The position numbers and the translations under genes are program-made. The notes under the pieces were generated by a model, which had not been told where the DNA came from, ran no database searches, and was given only the letters and a program-made list of their open reading frames with translations. 64,000 nt of DNA from an uncultured Bacteroidales bacterium (GTDB taxonomy: Bacteria > Bacteroidota > Bacteroidia > Bacteroidales > UBA932), in the NCBI GenBank assembly GCA_944323845.1, contig CALUUA010000002.1, positions 18,444-82,443 of the forward strand, given 5' to 3'. The number at the start of each line of letters is the position of its first letter. The stretch's first letter is position 1. Below, piece after piece: positions 11,165 through 21,415 of this stretch.

Positions 11165-13672
11165 ATGATAAGGAAAACCGTATTCATTCTGGGTGCGGCT
11201 ATGGGTGCCGCATCCGTTCTGTCAGCCCAGCAGGTCACTCCCGAGCATGAGGCAAAAGCCAGGGAACTCGTGGAACAGATGACCCTGGAAGAGAAAATCG
11301 ACTATATCGGAGGCTACAACACCTTCTTCATCCGCCCTGTGGAACGTCTCGGGATACCGGAAATACGCATGGCCGACGGACCGCAGGGTGTACGCAATGA
11401 TTTCAGTGCACAGCTGACGGGGAGGGACAAGAAAAGCACATTATACCCGTGCGGAATGGCGGCGGCTGCCACATGGGACAGGGAACTCGTGTACAGGATG
11501 GGGACCGGCATAGGACAGGACGCAAGGGCAAGAGGGGTGCACATAGTCCTCGGCCCCGGAGTGAACATATACCGTTCGCCTCTGTGCGGACGCAATTTCG
11601 AATACTACGGAGAGGACCCGTATCTCGTGGGAGAGACGGCGGCAAGCATGGTGGAAGGCATACAGGACTGCGGAGTCATGGCCTGTGCGAAGCATTTCGC
11701 CGCCAACAACCAGGAGTGGGACAGATACAACACCTCCTCGGACCTCGACGAGAGGACATTGCATGAAATATACCTGCCCTCGTTCGAGAAGATGGTCCAC
11801 AAGGCAGGGATAGGCGCGCTGATGTGCGGCTATCACATCATAAACAGCGTGCATTCTTCCGAGTACAGATACCTGAATGTGGACGTGCTGCGCGGCAGAT
11901 GGGGATTCAAGGGCATACTGATGTCCGACTGGGGCGGTACGTATTCGACCATCGGCCCGGTGGTGAACGGGCTTGACATCGAGATGCCGGGCGGAGCCAT
12001 GATGAACAGGGCCAGGATAATGCCTCTCATTGAAAACGGGGTCATAGACGAACGTGTCATAGACGAAAAGGTCCGGCATATTCTCCAGTCGCTGCTCGCG
12101 TTCGGTTTTTTTGACAGACCTCAGAAAGACGAAAGCATAAGCGAAAGGAACCCGTATTCGGACAGTGTCGCCCTCGAAGTCGCCAGAGGAGGAATAGTGA
12201 TGCTGAAAAATGACGGCATCCTGCCTCTGGAAAAAGGGAAAATCCTTGTCTGCGGACCAAATGCGAATACTATAGTGACAGGCGGGGGCAGCGGTGTGGT
12301 CTATCCGTTTGAAAGCTGCTCCGTTGCCGAGGGGATGAGGAATATGGGCAGGAAATACCACTCGCTGTATGATACTTCCGGATGGGAGACGGACCTTTCA
12401 ATGTTCTATGCCGACAAGGATTGCACAATCCCGGGGGCATTCGCCGAATTTTTCAGTTCGAAGGACCTTTCGGGAGAACCGGTGCATACGGCATTCGTAA
12501 CCGGGATAGACAGCACATACGCGGCGTCTCCGGTGCCCGGAGTCGTACCTGACGACTACTCGGACAGGTACACGTTCTACTACAGGCCGGAGAAGGAGTC
12601 TTATCTGTATCTGTCCGCTGGAGGAGACGACGGCTACAGACTGCTGATTGACGGGGAAACGGTCATAGACGACTGGGAGAACAAGGCTTTCCGTTCCAAG
12701 GATATAATCCGCCGCTTCGAAGCCGGCAAAGTGTACCGGTTCACGTACGAGCACACTGACGACTGGGCTGTCTCGCAGGTGCTTTTCCGCTACTCGGACC
12801 AGATGAATGACCCCGCATTCGCGAAAGCCCTTGACCAGGCCGACGCCGTGATAGCATGCATAGGATTCGACTCTGTCACCGAGCACGAAGGAGGAGACAG
12901 GACATTCTCCTTGCCTGACGGCCAGACCGACCTGCTCGATGCGCTTCTGGAAAGAAATTCCAACGTGATTGTGGTGCTGAATGCCGGCGGCGGCGTAGAC
13001 ATGACCCCATGGCTCGACCGTGTGAGGGCCGTAATCATGGCATGGTATCCCGGGCAGCAGGGAGGACAGGCGGTGGCCGAGATTCTCACCGGGAAAATCT
13101 CCCCGAGCGGGAAGCTGCCTTTCACAATCGAAAAGAGACTCGAGGACAACCCGACATACCGCAGCTACCACACGAACGTGGACATGAGCATGTTCAACAC
13201 GCCGTACAAAAGGGTGGAGTACAATGAAGGCATCTTCGTGGGCTACAGAGGCTACGAACGCAACGGGACGGAACCGCTTTTCCCGTTCGGATACGGACTT
13301 TCCTACTCCCGGTTCGAATACGCGAATCTCTCGGCGGAAGAGGACGGAGGTGTGTGGACCATAGCCTTCGATGTCACGAACACCGGAGACTTTGATGCGG
13401 CGGAAGTCGTCCAGCTGTATGTCAGCGACCTGGAGGCCAGTGTCCCGAGACCGGTCAAGGAACTGAAAGGATATGAGAAGATATTCCTGAAGAAAGGACA
13501 GACGAAACGTGTGGAGATTGAGCTCGGCAGAGATGCGTTCAGCTACTATGATGCGGTGGAGCGGCACGGATTCGTCGTTGAGCCCGGAAGATTCGAAGTG
13601 CTTGTCGGGGCATCTTCGGAGGATATACGCCTGCGGACCGGAATCGACGTACCGGCACAGGAGATTTTATAA
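11165..13672 (+). CDS. Glycoside hydrolase family 3 (beta-glucosidase-like) with PA14 insertion and FnIII-like tail
   Basis: MTLEEK, ADGPQG, GRNFEYYGEDP, KHFAANNQE, nucleophile MSDWG, PLFPFGYGLSYS, EVVQLY...KELKGYEK. Confidence 0.92.
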   Translation: MIRKTVFILGAAMGAASVLSAQQVTPEHEAKARELVEQMTLEEKIDYIGGYNTFFIRPVERLGIPEIRMADGPQGVRNDFSAQLTGRDKKSTLYPCGMAAAATWDRELVYRMGTGIGQDARARGVHIVLGPGVNIYRSPLCGRNFEYYGEDPYLVGETAASMVEGIQDCGVMACAKHFAANNQEWDRYNTSSDLDERTLHEIYLPSFEKMVHKAGIGALMCGYHIINSVHSSEYRYLNVDVLRGRWGFKGILMSDWGGTYSTIGPVVNGLDIEMPGGAMMNRARIMPLIENGVIDERVIDEKVRHILQSLLAFGFFDRPQKDESISERNPYSDSVALEVARGGIVMLKNDGILPLEKGKILVCGPNANTIVTGGGSGVVYPFESCSVAEGMRNMGRKYHSLYDTSGWETDLSMFYADKDCTIPGAFAEFFSSKDLSGEPVHTAFVTGIDSTYAASPVPGVVPDDYSDRYTFYYRPEKESYLYLSAGGDDGYRLLIDGETVIDDWENKAFRSKDIIRRFEAGKVYRFTYEHTDDWAVSQVLFRYSDQMNDPAFAKALDQADAVIACIGFDSVTEHEGGDRTFSLPDGQTDLLDALLERNSNVIVVLNAGGGVDMTPWLDRVRAVIMAWYPGQQGGQAVAEILTGKISPSGKLPFTIEKRLEDNPTYRSYHTNVDMSMFNTPYKRVEYNEGIFVGYRGYERNGTEPLFPFGYGLSYSRFEYANLSAEEDGGVWTIAFDVTNTGDFDAAEVVQLYVSDLEASVPRPVKELKGYEKIFLKKGQTKRVEIELGRDAFSYYDAVERHGFVVEPGRFEVLVGASSEDIRLRTGIDVPAQEIL

Positions 13673-13691
13673 CCAATAATTACTGATACTG

Positions 13692-16166
13692 ATGTCAAGG
13701 AAATCATTTCTGACCTTAGCGGTCTTTGCAGCATGGGCTTTCACAGGCAATGCCCAGACCGTGACTCCGGAGCATGAGGCCCGGGCTCGTGAGCTTGTCT
13801 CCATGATGACACTCGAGGAGAAGCTCGAATATATCGGAGGCTACAACTCTTTCTATCTGCGCGCCATCCCACGGCTCGGCATTCCGGAGATATGGTTTGC
13901 TGACGGACCGCAGGGCATACGCATAGATTCCCGAAGCACTCTCTACCCGTCGGGGATGGCACTTGCCGCCACATGGGACCGTTCCCTGGCCTACGGCACC
14001 GGTGAAGGCATAGGCCAGGATGCGAGGGCGAGAGGGATACATGTGGTGATGGGCCCCGGAGTGAACATATACCGCTCACCTGTGTGCGGGCGCAATTTCG
14101 AATACTTCGGAGAAGACCCTTATCTTTCGGGAGAGACCGCCGCAGCCTATATCGAAGGCATGCAGGATATGGGTGTCATGGCCTGCATGAAGCATTTCGC
14201 CGCCAACAACCAGGAATACGACAGGCATCATGTGTCTGCGGACATGGACGAACGCACCCTGAACGAAATCTACCTTCCGGCCTTCGAGAAAGGTGTAAAG
14301 CAGGCGAAGGTGGGCATGGTGATGGACTGCTACGGACTGGTGAACGGTGTCCACGGGACAGAAAACACCTACCTCAACATAGATGTGCTGAGGGACCGCT
14401 GGGGATTCAAGGGCATAGTGACATCCGACTGGGAAGCCACCTACACCACAATCAACGCAATCTACAACGGTCTTGACATAGAGATGCCGAGAGGGTGGCT
14501 CAGGGATGCCGCCAAGATGAAGGGCCTTGTCGAAAACGGGGTCATAGACGAGCGTGTCATAGACGAGAAAGTCCAGCATGTCCTCCAGACACTGCTCGCT
14601 TTCGGATTCTTCGACCGGCCGCAGAAGGACGACAGATACAGAGAAAGGAACCCTTACTCGGAAAAGGTGGCTCTCGACGTGGAAAGAGGCGGAGCCGTGC
14701 TCCTGCGCAACAAGGATGGCATACTGCCTGTCTCAAAAGGCAAGATAGTGGTGTGCGGCCCTAATTCAGAGATAATCGCCAAAGGCGGAGGAAGCGGGGA
14801 AGTGTTCCCGTTTGTCACGAGCAGCATAGCGGACGGTTTCAAGAAGAACATGGGACGCAAACTGGAATTCGGCTATTCTCCGGACCTGTGGAAGACTGAC
14901 CTCAGCGTATTCTATGCCGACTCTTCATGCACCGTGAAAGGGGCTGCTGCAGAATTTTTCAACAACCCTGACCTTGAGGGCACACCAGTGCACCGGACCA
15001 TCGTCACAGGAATAGACTACAAGGGTTGGGACTCCCCTGTGCCGGGGATTGTGGACACCGACAATTACTCGGACCGCTACACGTTCTACTACAGGCCGGA
15101 GCAGGATGCCATACTCTATTTCTCGGCAGGAGGGGACGACGGCTACAGGGTGACAGTCGACGGGGAAGAAATCATAGAGCAATGGTCACCGCACCCTTTC
15201 CGGCAGAAGGAAGGCTTCAGGAAATTCAAGGGAGGGAAGACATACAGAATCACATACGAGCATTTCGACGGTGGTTCCGACCAGCAGGCCATGTTCAGGT
15301 ATGCGGACTATCTCAACGACCCGGAATTCACGGAAGCTGTCAGCGAGGCTGATGCCGTAATCGTGTGTGTCGGATATGACTGGTATGTGGAATCGGAAAG
15401 CTGGGACAGGTCATTCTCCCTCCCGGAAGGGCATCTCGAGTGTATCGAGGCTGTGCTGAAGCACACTGACAAGGCGATTATTGTCATAAATTCAGGAGGA
15501 GGAGTAGAAATGGCTCCGTGGATAGACCGTACATCCGGGGTGATGATGGCATGGTACCAGGGACAGGAAGGCGGAGATGCCATAGCAGAACTGATAACGG
15601 GGAAGGTGTCCCCGAGCGGGAAGCTGCCTTTCACCATCGAGAAGAGGCTCGAGGACAATCCGACATACGAAAACTATCACCCGAACACGCTGCAGGTGAA
15701 GCCTGACAATCCATACAAGAGGGTGGAATACAATGAAGGCGTGTTTGTAGGCTACCGCGGCTATGAGCGCAGCGGGACGGAACCGCTCTTCCCGTTCGGG
15801 TTCGGACTGTCCTATTCATCGTTCGAGTACGGCAATCTCGGAATCGACCCAATCGGAAACGGCAAATTCTCCGTGACCTTCGACGTGACCAACACAGGAA
15901 AGAGGGACGCTGCGGAAGTGGCACAGCTGTATGTCGGTGCGGAAGACCCGGCAGTGGTGCGTCCGGCGAAGGAACTCAAGGGTTACGAAAAGGTCTTCCT
16001 GAAGAAAGGCGAGACCCGTCGCATAACGATAGAGCTCGGGGAAGAGGCTTTCCGCCACTACGACTACATGAAGCACGACTTCACCGTACATCCGGGTAAA
16101 TTCAACATTTTTGTAGGCTCGTCGTCGCAGGATATCCGCCTCGAAGGCAGTCTGGTTGTGGAATAA
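13692..16166 (+). CDS. Glycoside hydrolase family 3 with PA14 insertion (tandem paralog)
   Basis: Same motifs as the upstream GH3 (GRNFEYFGEDP, KHFAANNQE, TSDWE, PLFPFGFGLSY); visibly similar to it at the DNA level. Confidence 0.92.
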   Translation: MSRKSFLTLAVFAAWAFTGNAQTVTPEHEARARELVSMMTLEEKLEYIGGYNSFYLRAIPRLGIPEIWFADGPQGIRIDSRSTLYPSGMALAATWDRSLAYGTGEGIGQDARARGIHVVMGPGVNIYRSPVCGRNFEYFGEDPYLSGETAAAYIEGMQDMGVMACMKHFAANNQEYDRHHVSADMDERTLNEIYLPAFEKGVKQAKVGMVMDCYGLVNGVHGTENTYLNIDVLRDRWGFKGIVTSDWEATYTTINAIYNGLDIEMPRGWLRDAAKMKGLVENGVIDERVIDEKVQHVLQTLLAFGFFDRPQKDDRYRERNPYSEKVALDVERGGAVLLRNKDGILPVSKGKIVVCGPNSEIIAKGGGSGEVFPFVTSSIADGFKKNMGRKLEFGYSPDLWKTDLSVFYADSSCTVKGAAAEFFNNPDLEGTPVHRTIVTGIDYKGWDSPVPGIVDTDNYSDRYTFYYRPEQDAILYFSAGGDDGYRVTVDGEEIIEQWSPHPFRQKEGFRKFKGGKTYRITYEHFDGGSDQQAMFRYADYLNDPEFTEAVSEADAVIVCVGYDWYVESESWDRSFSLPEGHLECIEAVLKHTDKAIIVINSGGGVEMAPWIDRTSGVMMAWYQGQEGGDAIAELITGKVSPSGKLPFTIEKRLEDNPTYENYHPNTLQVKPDNPYKRVEYNEGVFVGYRGYERSGTEPLFPFGFGLSYSSFEYGNLGIDPIGNGKFSVTFDVTNTGKRDAAEVAQLYVGAEDPAVVRPAKELKGYEKVFLKKGETRRITIELGEEAFRHYDYMKHDFTVHPGKFNIFVGSSSQDIRLEGSLVVE

Positions 16167-16176
16167 TACGGCTGTC

Positions 16177-18780
16177 ATGAAACGATTTGCCATATTGCCG
16201 CTGCTGTGCATGCTGTCGCTGTGCACTGCGGCGGCACAGCCTTCGGGGCGCATAAGCATGAACGAAGGATGGAGGTTCCATCGTGGAGATGCCTTTCCGG
16301 GAGATTCGGCAAGGCTGTGCTACGACAGTCTCAAGGCCTGGATATTGCCGACAGCGAACCATCTCCTGGCTCCAGCCGACAGACATTCCCGTCCGGATGG
16401 AGAACCCGACGGAGGCCCTTTCGCGTCTCCGGATTTCGACGACTCGCAGTGGAGGCTGCTCGACCTGCCCCATGACTGGGGCATCGAAGGGCCTTTCCGC
16501 CAGGAATATCCCGGAGAGACAGGAAAACTGGAATGGTGGGGACAGGCCTGGTACCGCAAGACCCTGGACATAGGCAAGGAAGACAGGGGGAAACGCTTTT
16601 CCCTGGAGATAGACGGGGCCATGTCATTCTCGAGCGTCTGGTGCAACGGACATCTTGCCGGAGGATGGCCATACGGATACACATCATTTCCGGTGGACCT
16701 CACCCCGTATCTCTCCGAAGGGAAGAACACAATAGCCATAAGGATAGACAATCCGCCTGAATCGAGCCGCTGGTACCCTGGCGGAGGCATATACAGAAAT
16801 GTCTGGCTCACCCGCTACGGACAGGTGGGAATCGCCGAAAACGGGACATTCATCTCCACTCCGCATGTCTGTGCGGACTGCGCCGGAGTAAATCTGAAGA
16901 TAACGCTGAGGAACAACGGAAACGACACTCCGGACGCAGTGGTGACAACGGAAGTGTGCGGTCCCGGACAAGGCGGGAGGGAAATCCTCGCTTCCGCGAA
17001 TGACACGGTGCGCGGACTTGCTCACGGGCATGTCCTTGTCCAGACATTCACTGTGGAAAAACCGGAACTTTGGAGTCCGGAACATCCGGCCATGTATGTG
17101 GCCGTCACCACTGTCAGGTGCGGAGACAAGGTCATGGAACGCTACTCTACGCCTTTCGGGATACGGAAGGCCGAATTCACGAATGAAGGGTTTTTCCTGA
17201 ACGGGAAGAGGACGATGCTCCAGGGAGTGTGCCTGCACCACGACCTCGGGGCATTGGGTGCCGCCGTCAACATCTCCGCCATCGGACGGCAGCTGCGCAT
17301 AATGAAGGAAATGGGGGCGAATGCCGTCAGGACCGCACATAATCCTCCTGCACCGGAGCTGCTGGACCTTTGCGACAGCATGGGACTCATGGTCATAGAC
17401 GAATTCACCGACACGTGGCGAGTGCCCAAGAAACCGAACGGATACGCCCTGCTGTTCGACGAATGGGCGGAGGCCGACCTTACGGCAATGATACGCAGGG
17501 ACAGGAACCATCCTTCGGTAATCGCATGGAGCACAGGCAACGAGACGGGAGAGCAATGGGACCCTGAACTGTACGGCACTTCCCGGGAACTCACTGCCAT
17601 CGCGCACAGGGAGGACCTTTCACGTCCGACAACTTTCGGCAGCAACTACTGGCTTGCGGCATACAACGGGTTCAGACATACGGTGGACGTGTTCGGCTTC
17701 AACTACAAGCCGATGCTCTACCATGATTTCGTGCTCGGAAGTCCTTTCCAGCCGTTCCTCGGGCTCGAGACAGCCTCCTGCATCAGCACAAGGGGCTTCT
17801 ATGTGTTTCCTGTCAGCGATGACAAAAGCCAGGGCCGCTCGGACTTCCAGGTGAGTTCCTACGACCTCTATTCGCCCGGATGGTCCACGCCTCCGGATAC
17901 TGAATTCGAAGGGCTCGACAGGAATCCGTCTGCTGCAGGTGAATTTGTATGGACCGGCTTCGACTACCTCGGGGAGCCGACCCCCTACAATGACGACTAC
18001 ACCGTGCTGGACAATTTCAGCGACCCGGAACTGAAGGCCCGGGCATCTGAGGAACTTGCACGTCTCGGAAGGATGGAAGTCCCTTCCCGCAGCTCCTATT
18101 TCGGGATTGTAGACTTGGCCGGTTTCCCCAAGGACAGGTACTATCTCTACCAGTCGAGGTGGAGGCCCGACCTGCCGATGGTCCATATACTCCCGCACTG
18201 GACATGGCCGGGACGAGAAGGGGAAGTGACCCCTGTGCATGTCTACACCTCCGGGGACAGCGCAGAGCTTTTCATCAACGGGAAATCATGCGGAGTCCGG
18301 AAAAAAGGTGAATACGATTACCGTCTGAGGTGGGATGATGTCAGATATGAACCTGGGACAGTGAAAGTTGTCGCATACAAGGACGGCAGGGTCTGGGCGG
18401 AAGAGACTGTCGCGACGGCCGGGAAGGCCATGTCGGTGGAACTTCTGCCGGAGTGCACGGAGATGACGGCAGGGAAGGATGTGCTTGCGTTCGTGTCGGC
18501 AAGAATCACGGACAGGCATGGCAATCCGGTCCCCGGAGCCTCGCATCTTGTCGAATTTTCAGTTGAAGGTCCGGCACGGATTGCTGCCACTGACAACGGG
18601 GACCCGACGAGCCATGCGTCATTCCAGTCGCATTCGGTCAAGGCATTCAACGGTCTCGCCCTTGTCATTCTGGAGTCCTCCGGAGAGCCGGGGACAATCA
18701 AGGTCAAGGCAAAGGCGAAAGGCTTGGGAACGGCCGTGTGCCGCCTATCCAGCTCATCCCCTTGCCCGCCGATGCCCTGA
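16177..18780 (+). CDS. Glycoside hydrolase family 2 (beta-galactosidase-like, DUF4982-type C-terminus)
   Basis: Signal peptide MKRFAILPLL (ATG 16177 preferred over 16156); LPHDW, RWYPGGGIYRNV, GVCLHHDLG, RTAHNPP, WSTGNE, GEFVWTGFDYLGEPTPY. Confidence 0.9.
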   Translation: MKRFAILPLLCMLSLCTAAAQPSGRISMNEGWRFHRGDAFPGDSARLCYDSLKAWILPTANHLLAPADRHSRPDGEPDGGPFASPDFDDSQWRLLDLPHDWGIEGPFRQEYPGETGKLEWWGQAWYRKTLDIGKEDRGKRFSLEIDGAMSFSSVWCNGHLAGGWPYGYTSFPVDLTPYLSEGKNTIAIRIDNPPESSRWYPGGGIYRNVWLTRYGQVGIAENGTFISTPHVCADCAGVNLKITLRNNGNDTPDAVVTTEVCGPGQGGREILASANDTVRGLAHGHVLVQTFTVEKPELWSPEHPAMYVAVTTVRCGDKVMERYSTPFGIRKAEFTNEGFFLNGKRTMLQGVCLHHDLGALGAAVNISAIGRQLRIMKEMGANAVRTAHNPPAPELLDLCDSMGLMVIDEFTDTWRVPKKPNGYALLFDEWAEADLTAMIRRDRNHPSVIAWSTGNETGEQWDPELYGTSRELTAIAHREDLSRPTTFGSNYWLAAYNGFRHTVDVFGFNYKPMLYHDFVLGSPFQPFLGLETASCISTRGFYVFPVSDDKSQGRSDFQVSSYDLYSPGWSTPPDTEFEGLDRNPSAAGEFVWTGFDYLGEPTPYNDDYTVLDNFSDPELKARASEELARLGRMEVPSRSSYFGIVDLAGFPKDRYYLYQSRWRPDLPMVHILPHWTWPGREGEVTPVHVYTSGDSAELFINGKSCGVRKKGEYDYRLRWDDVRYEPGTVKVVAYKDGRVWAEETVATAGKAMSVELLPECTEMTAGKDVLAFVSARITDRHGNPVPGASHLVEFSVEGPARIAATDNGDPTSHASFQSHSVKAFNGLALVILESSGEPGTIKVKAKAKGLGTAVCRLSSSSPCPPMP

Positions 18781-21112
18781 AGGTCCGGCTACCTGAGACG
18801 AAGTGCACGTCGAGCGGCACCTCGGAGTTGAGATGCAGCATCCTGACGCAATTTTCATCGGCCCTCACAAGTAGACATCCGGGAGAAGTCCACTCTGCCG
18901 AACAGTTATGGCAGCGGATTTCTCCCGTATCTTCCACAATGACATACGAGAGTGTCATGGCACATTCTTCCAGAGCCTTGAAAATCTCGTAGACAGTGTT
19001 GTCGCCGGCACCTCCCGGCTCCCCGAACACCGGAAAGGCAGACTCGTCTTCCGGCCTGAGCCACGGGCTTATCATTTCCATGTACTGCTCCCCTATCACT
19101 GTCTCTTTCATGAGCCTTTCTCCAGGATTGCCCGGGGACGGGGTGCAGACAAGCCCGTCTATGTACGGGTCAGGAATGAATCCCCAGCGCAGCTTCCCGT
19201 CCAGGCCCATCAGCTGGACGCAGGTGCCGAGAGTCTCGAACATCTCGCCAAGATATCCCTCCTCCCCCGTCAGGAGATACAGATAATGCATGGCGTAAAT
19301 TTTCCACGCTGTCCATCCGTGCGGAGAATTCATGGCCTGGTTGGGCGAGAAATAGATGTCGAGGGCCTCCCAGTAACGGAGGGTCGCTCCCCTCATACGG
19401 CAGTCCGGCACAAGACGCTGTTCGAGACAGAGGTGCTTGTCCATCATCTGCCGTGCAGCCCGGGCATATTCCATACGCGCGGACGTGTCGGACAGATGCA
19501 GGCCGCAAAGAGCCATCTGCAGTGCGCTGCACGTTATCATGCCGTCCTCGAATGTCATGTCCCCTTCAGTCTCTATGTCATCCATCCTAGACTTGAGGTC
19601 CGCAGCAGCCCGCACGGCGGAAGAATAATGACGTTGCGCCGCATCTTCCCATCCGGCCGCATACTCCGCGTCGGCAAGTTCGAACATGGATTTGGCAGGA
19701 TATATCACAGCCGTATAATGTATGCCCGAGGAGCGGTAGGACCCGTCCGGCCACTGTACGGCAGGGGACGAGAGATAGTCTCCGATGCGGGATGCGGCAC
19801 GGAGCACCGTCTCGTCTCCCGATGCCTCCCAAAGGTCGACCAGCATGCCGCACAAGGCCGCAAAGTTCTGGATTCTATGCGGATTTGCCTGCGCCCGGGG
19901 CGTCCCGTCGGGGCTGACCATCCTGCCCAGTCCCGAGAGGAACCGCCTCTCCACCGGCCCGTATCTCAGACTGTCGGGGAAATGCCTCGACGCGAGGAAT
20001 GCCGGATAATATCCGTAGAATGTCTCGCAGGAGGCACTGAAGAACGGTGGATAGAGCGACACCTGTTCGCCGGCTTTCCGGAGATACCAGGACCATGGTT
20101 TCCTGACATACAGAGACACTTCGGAATGCCTGCCTCCGGCGGAGATGTCGAGCCGGTGAAGACCGTATTCCTCCATCGGAGGGGTGACAATGTCCTTTCC
20201 CCCGCACGCCTCCAGGATGCGGACCCGCCCGTCAGGGGCATGGAGAACGGCTTTGACAGTGTCATGACAGCCGAATACCCTGACTGCCGCCCGTTCTCCG
20301 GCAGAAAGCGTGTGTTTCCGTGGTTGCGCCAGCGGAGCCCCGGTCCATGATGATAGTGCCGGCTTCACCTCATCGAGACCCCCGACAGCACCGATGTACA
20401 GCGTCCAGCTTCTGCACTCTCCGGGGGCAAGGGCTGACAGAGAGTCCGGATGGCGTTGAGGAAGCGGCGGGACATGCAGCAGGTCGAGGCTCGCCGTATA
20501 GACCTGATGCCCCCAAAGCCAGGCCTTGTTTCCCTCGAAAATATATTGAAGTCCGTATGAAGCAACCGGGTCACCGGTACAGAAAGCGAGAATCCTGCCT
20601 TCCGGAGACATGAAATAGCCCCAGGCAAAATCCTTCTCACACCTCACGAGTGTCGGGAAGAATTTCCCGTTCCACTCGGGGAATGTCCGCATTTCGCTGT
20701 CAACACCCAGGAAAAGTCTCACGCGATAAGGGGAAAAGGTGGTGGAGGCCCCGTTGCTGACGGTACATTCCACGGCCAGATGGTCTTCTTGTGCCGTGTA
20801 CCGCAGGATGTATGTGACCGAGTCCTTCTGCCCGGAAAATGTGTATGGAACGTTGCCGGAAGGATGCATGGCCACATTTTCAAAAGCCGGGCCCCGCCTC
20901 GAGTCTGACCGGAACGGAATCTGCCACGAGCAGTCTCCGTCCTGAACTGACCAGCTGACTACTGCACCCGTAGCGGTGCTCAGTTCCACCTTCCAGCCAT
21001 GGCCTGAAAGTTCCGCAATGCCTCCCTCGTCCGCCCGGACGGATGTCCTGGCGGCAGCGGCGGGCCACACGCACATTATGAGAAGCATGTATGAAATAAT
21101 GGTATTCTTCAC
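18704..21112 (-). CDS. Secreted hypothetical protein, probable (alpha/alpha)6-barrel fold
   Basis: 802-aa ORF, GTG start preceded by AGGAGG, signal peptide; helical motifs DLWEASGDETVLRAA and YLLTGEEGYL; family not recognised. Confidence 0.7.
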   Translation of the reverse strand: MKNTIISYMLLIMCVWPAAAARTSVRADEGGIAELSGHGWKVELSTATGAVVSWSVQDGDCSWQIPFRSDSRRGPAFENVAMHPSGNVPYTFSGQKDSVTYILRYTAQEDHLAVECTVSNGASTTFSPYRVRLFLGVDSEMRTFPEWNGKFFPTLVRCEKDFAWGYFMSPEGRILAFCTGDPVASYGLQYIFEGNKAWLWGHQVYTASLDLLHVPPLPQRHPDSLSALAPGECRSWTLYIGAVGGLDEVKPALSSWTGAPLAQPRKHTLSAGERAAVRVFGCHDTVKAVLHAPDGRVRILEACGGKDIVTPPMEEYGLHRLDISAGGRHSEVSLYVRKPWSWYLRKAGEQVSLYPPFFSASCETFYGYYPAFLASRHFPDSLRYGPVERRFLSGLGRMVSPDGTPRAQANPHRIQNFAALCGMLVDLWEASGDETVLRAASRIGDYLSSPAVQWPDGSYRSSGIHYTAVIYPAKSMFELADAEYAAGWEDAAQRHYSSAVRAAADLKSRMDDIETEGDMTFEDGMITCSALQMALCGLHLSDTSARMEYARAARQMMDKHLCLEQRLVPDCRMRGATLRYWEALDIYFSPNQAMNSPHGWTAWKIYAMHYLYLLTGEEGYLGEMFETLGTCVQLMGLDGKLRWGFIPDPYIDGLVCTPSPGNPGERLMKETVIGEQYMEMISPWLRPEDESAFPVFGEPGGAGDNTVYEIFKALEECAMTLSYVIVEDTGEIRCHNCSAEWTSPGCLLVRADENCVRMLHLNSEVPLDVHFVSGSRTFRASAGKGMSWIGGTRPFPSLSPLP

Positions 21113-21415
21113 TGCCGTCCTCCTTGTTGTGATATGACAGCCGAAGTCCTGAAAAACACATTGTCCGGCCCGGGAAAAATTTGCCGGGACTCACTCCCGT
21201 CAAAAAAAGCGTATTGTACAGGGTTACGACTTATTTCTTTTTTTTCTATTGCAGCAGATACTTACCCTGACGGAAGCGGAATGGCAGGAAATGGCAGCAA
21301 GTCACAACATCCTGCTGAAGCAGACGCAGACGACTATCCTGATGAACGAACAGAAGGTGAACCAGGAGTTCAAACCAGAGAATCATATATCTGCACGGCA
21401 ATCCGGACGATGAAA

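Noticed and set aside
18908-20350. 480-aa plus-strand ORF
   Set aside because: Antisense to the 802-aa gene, which has the signal peptide and RBS-like signal; composition is not protein-like.
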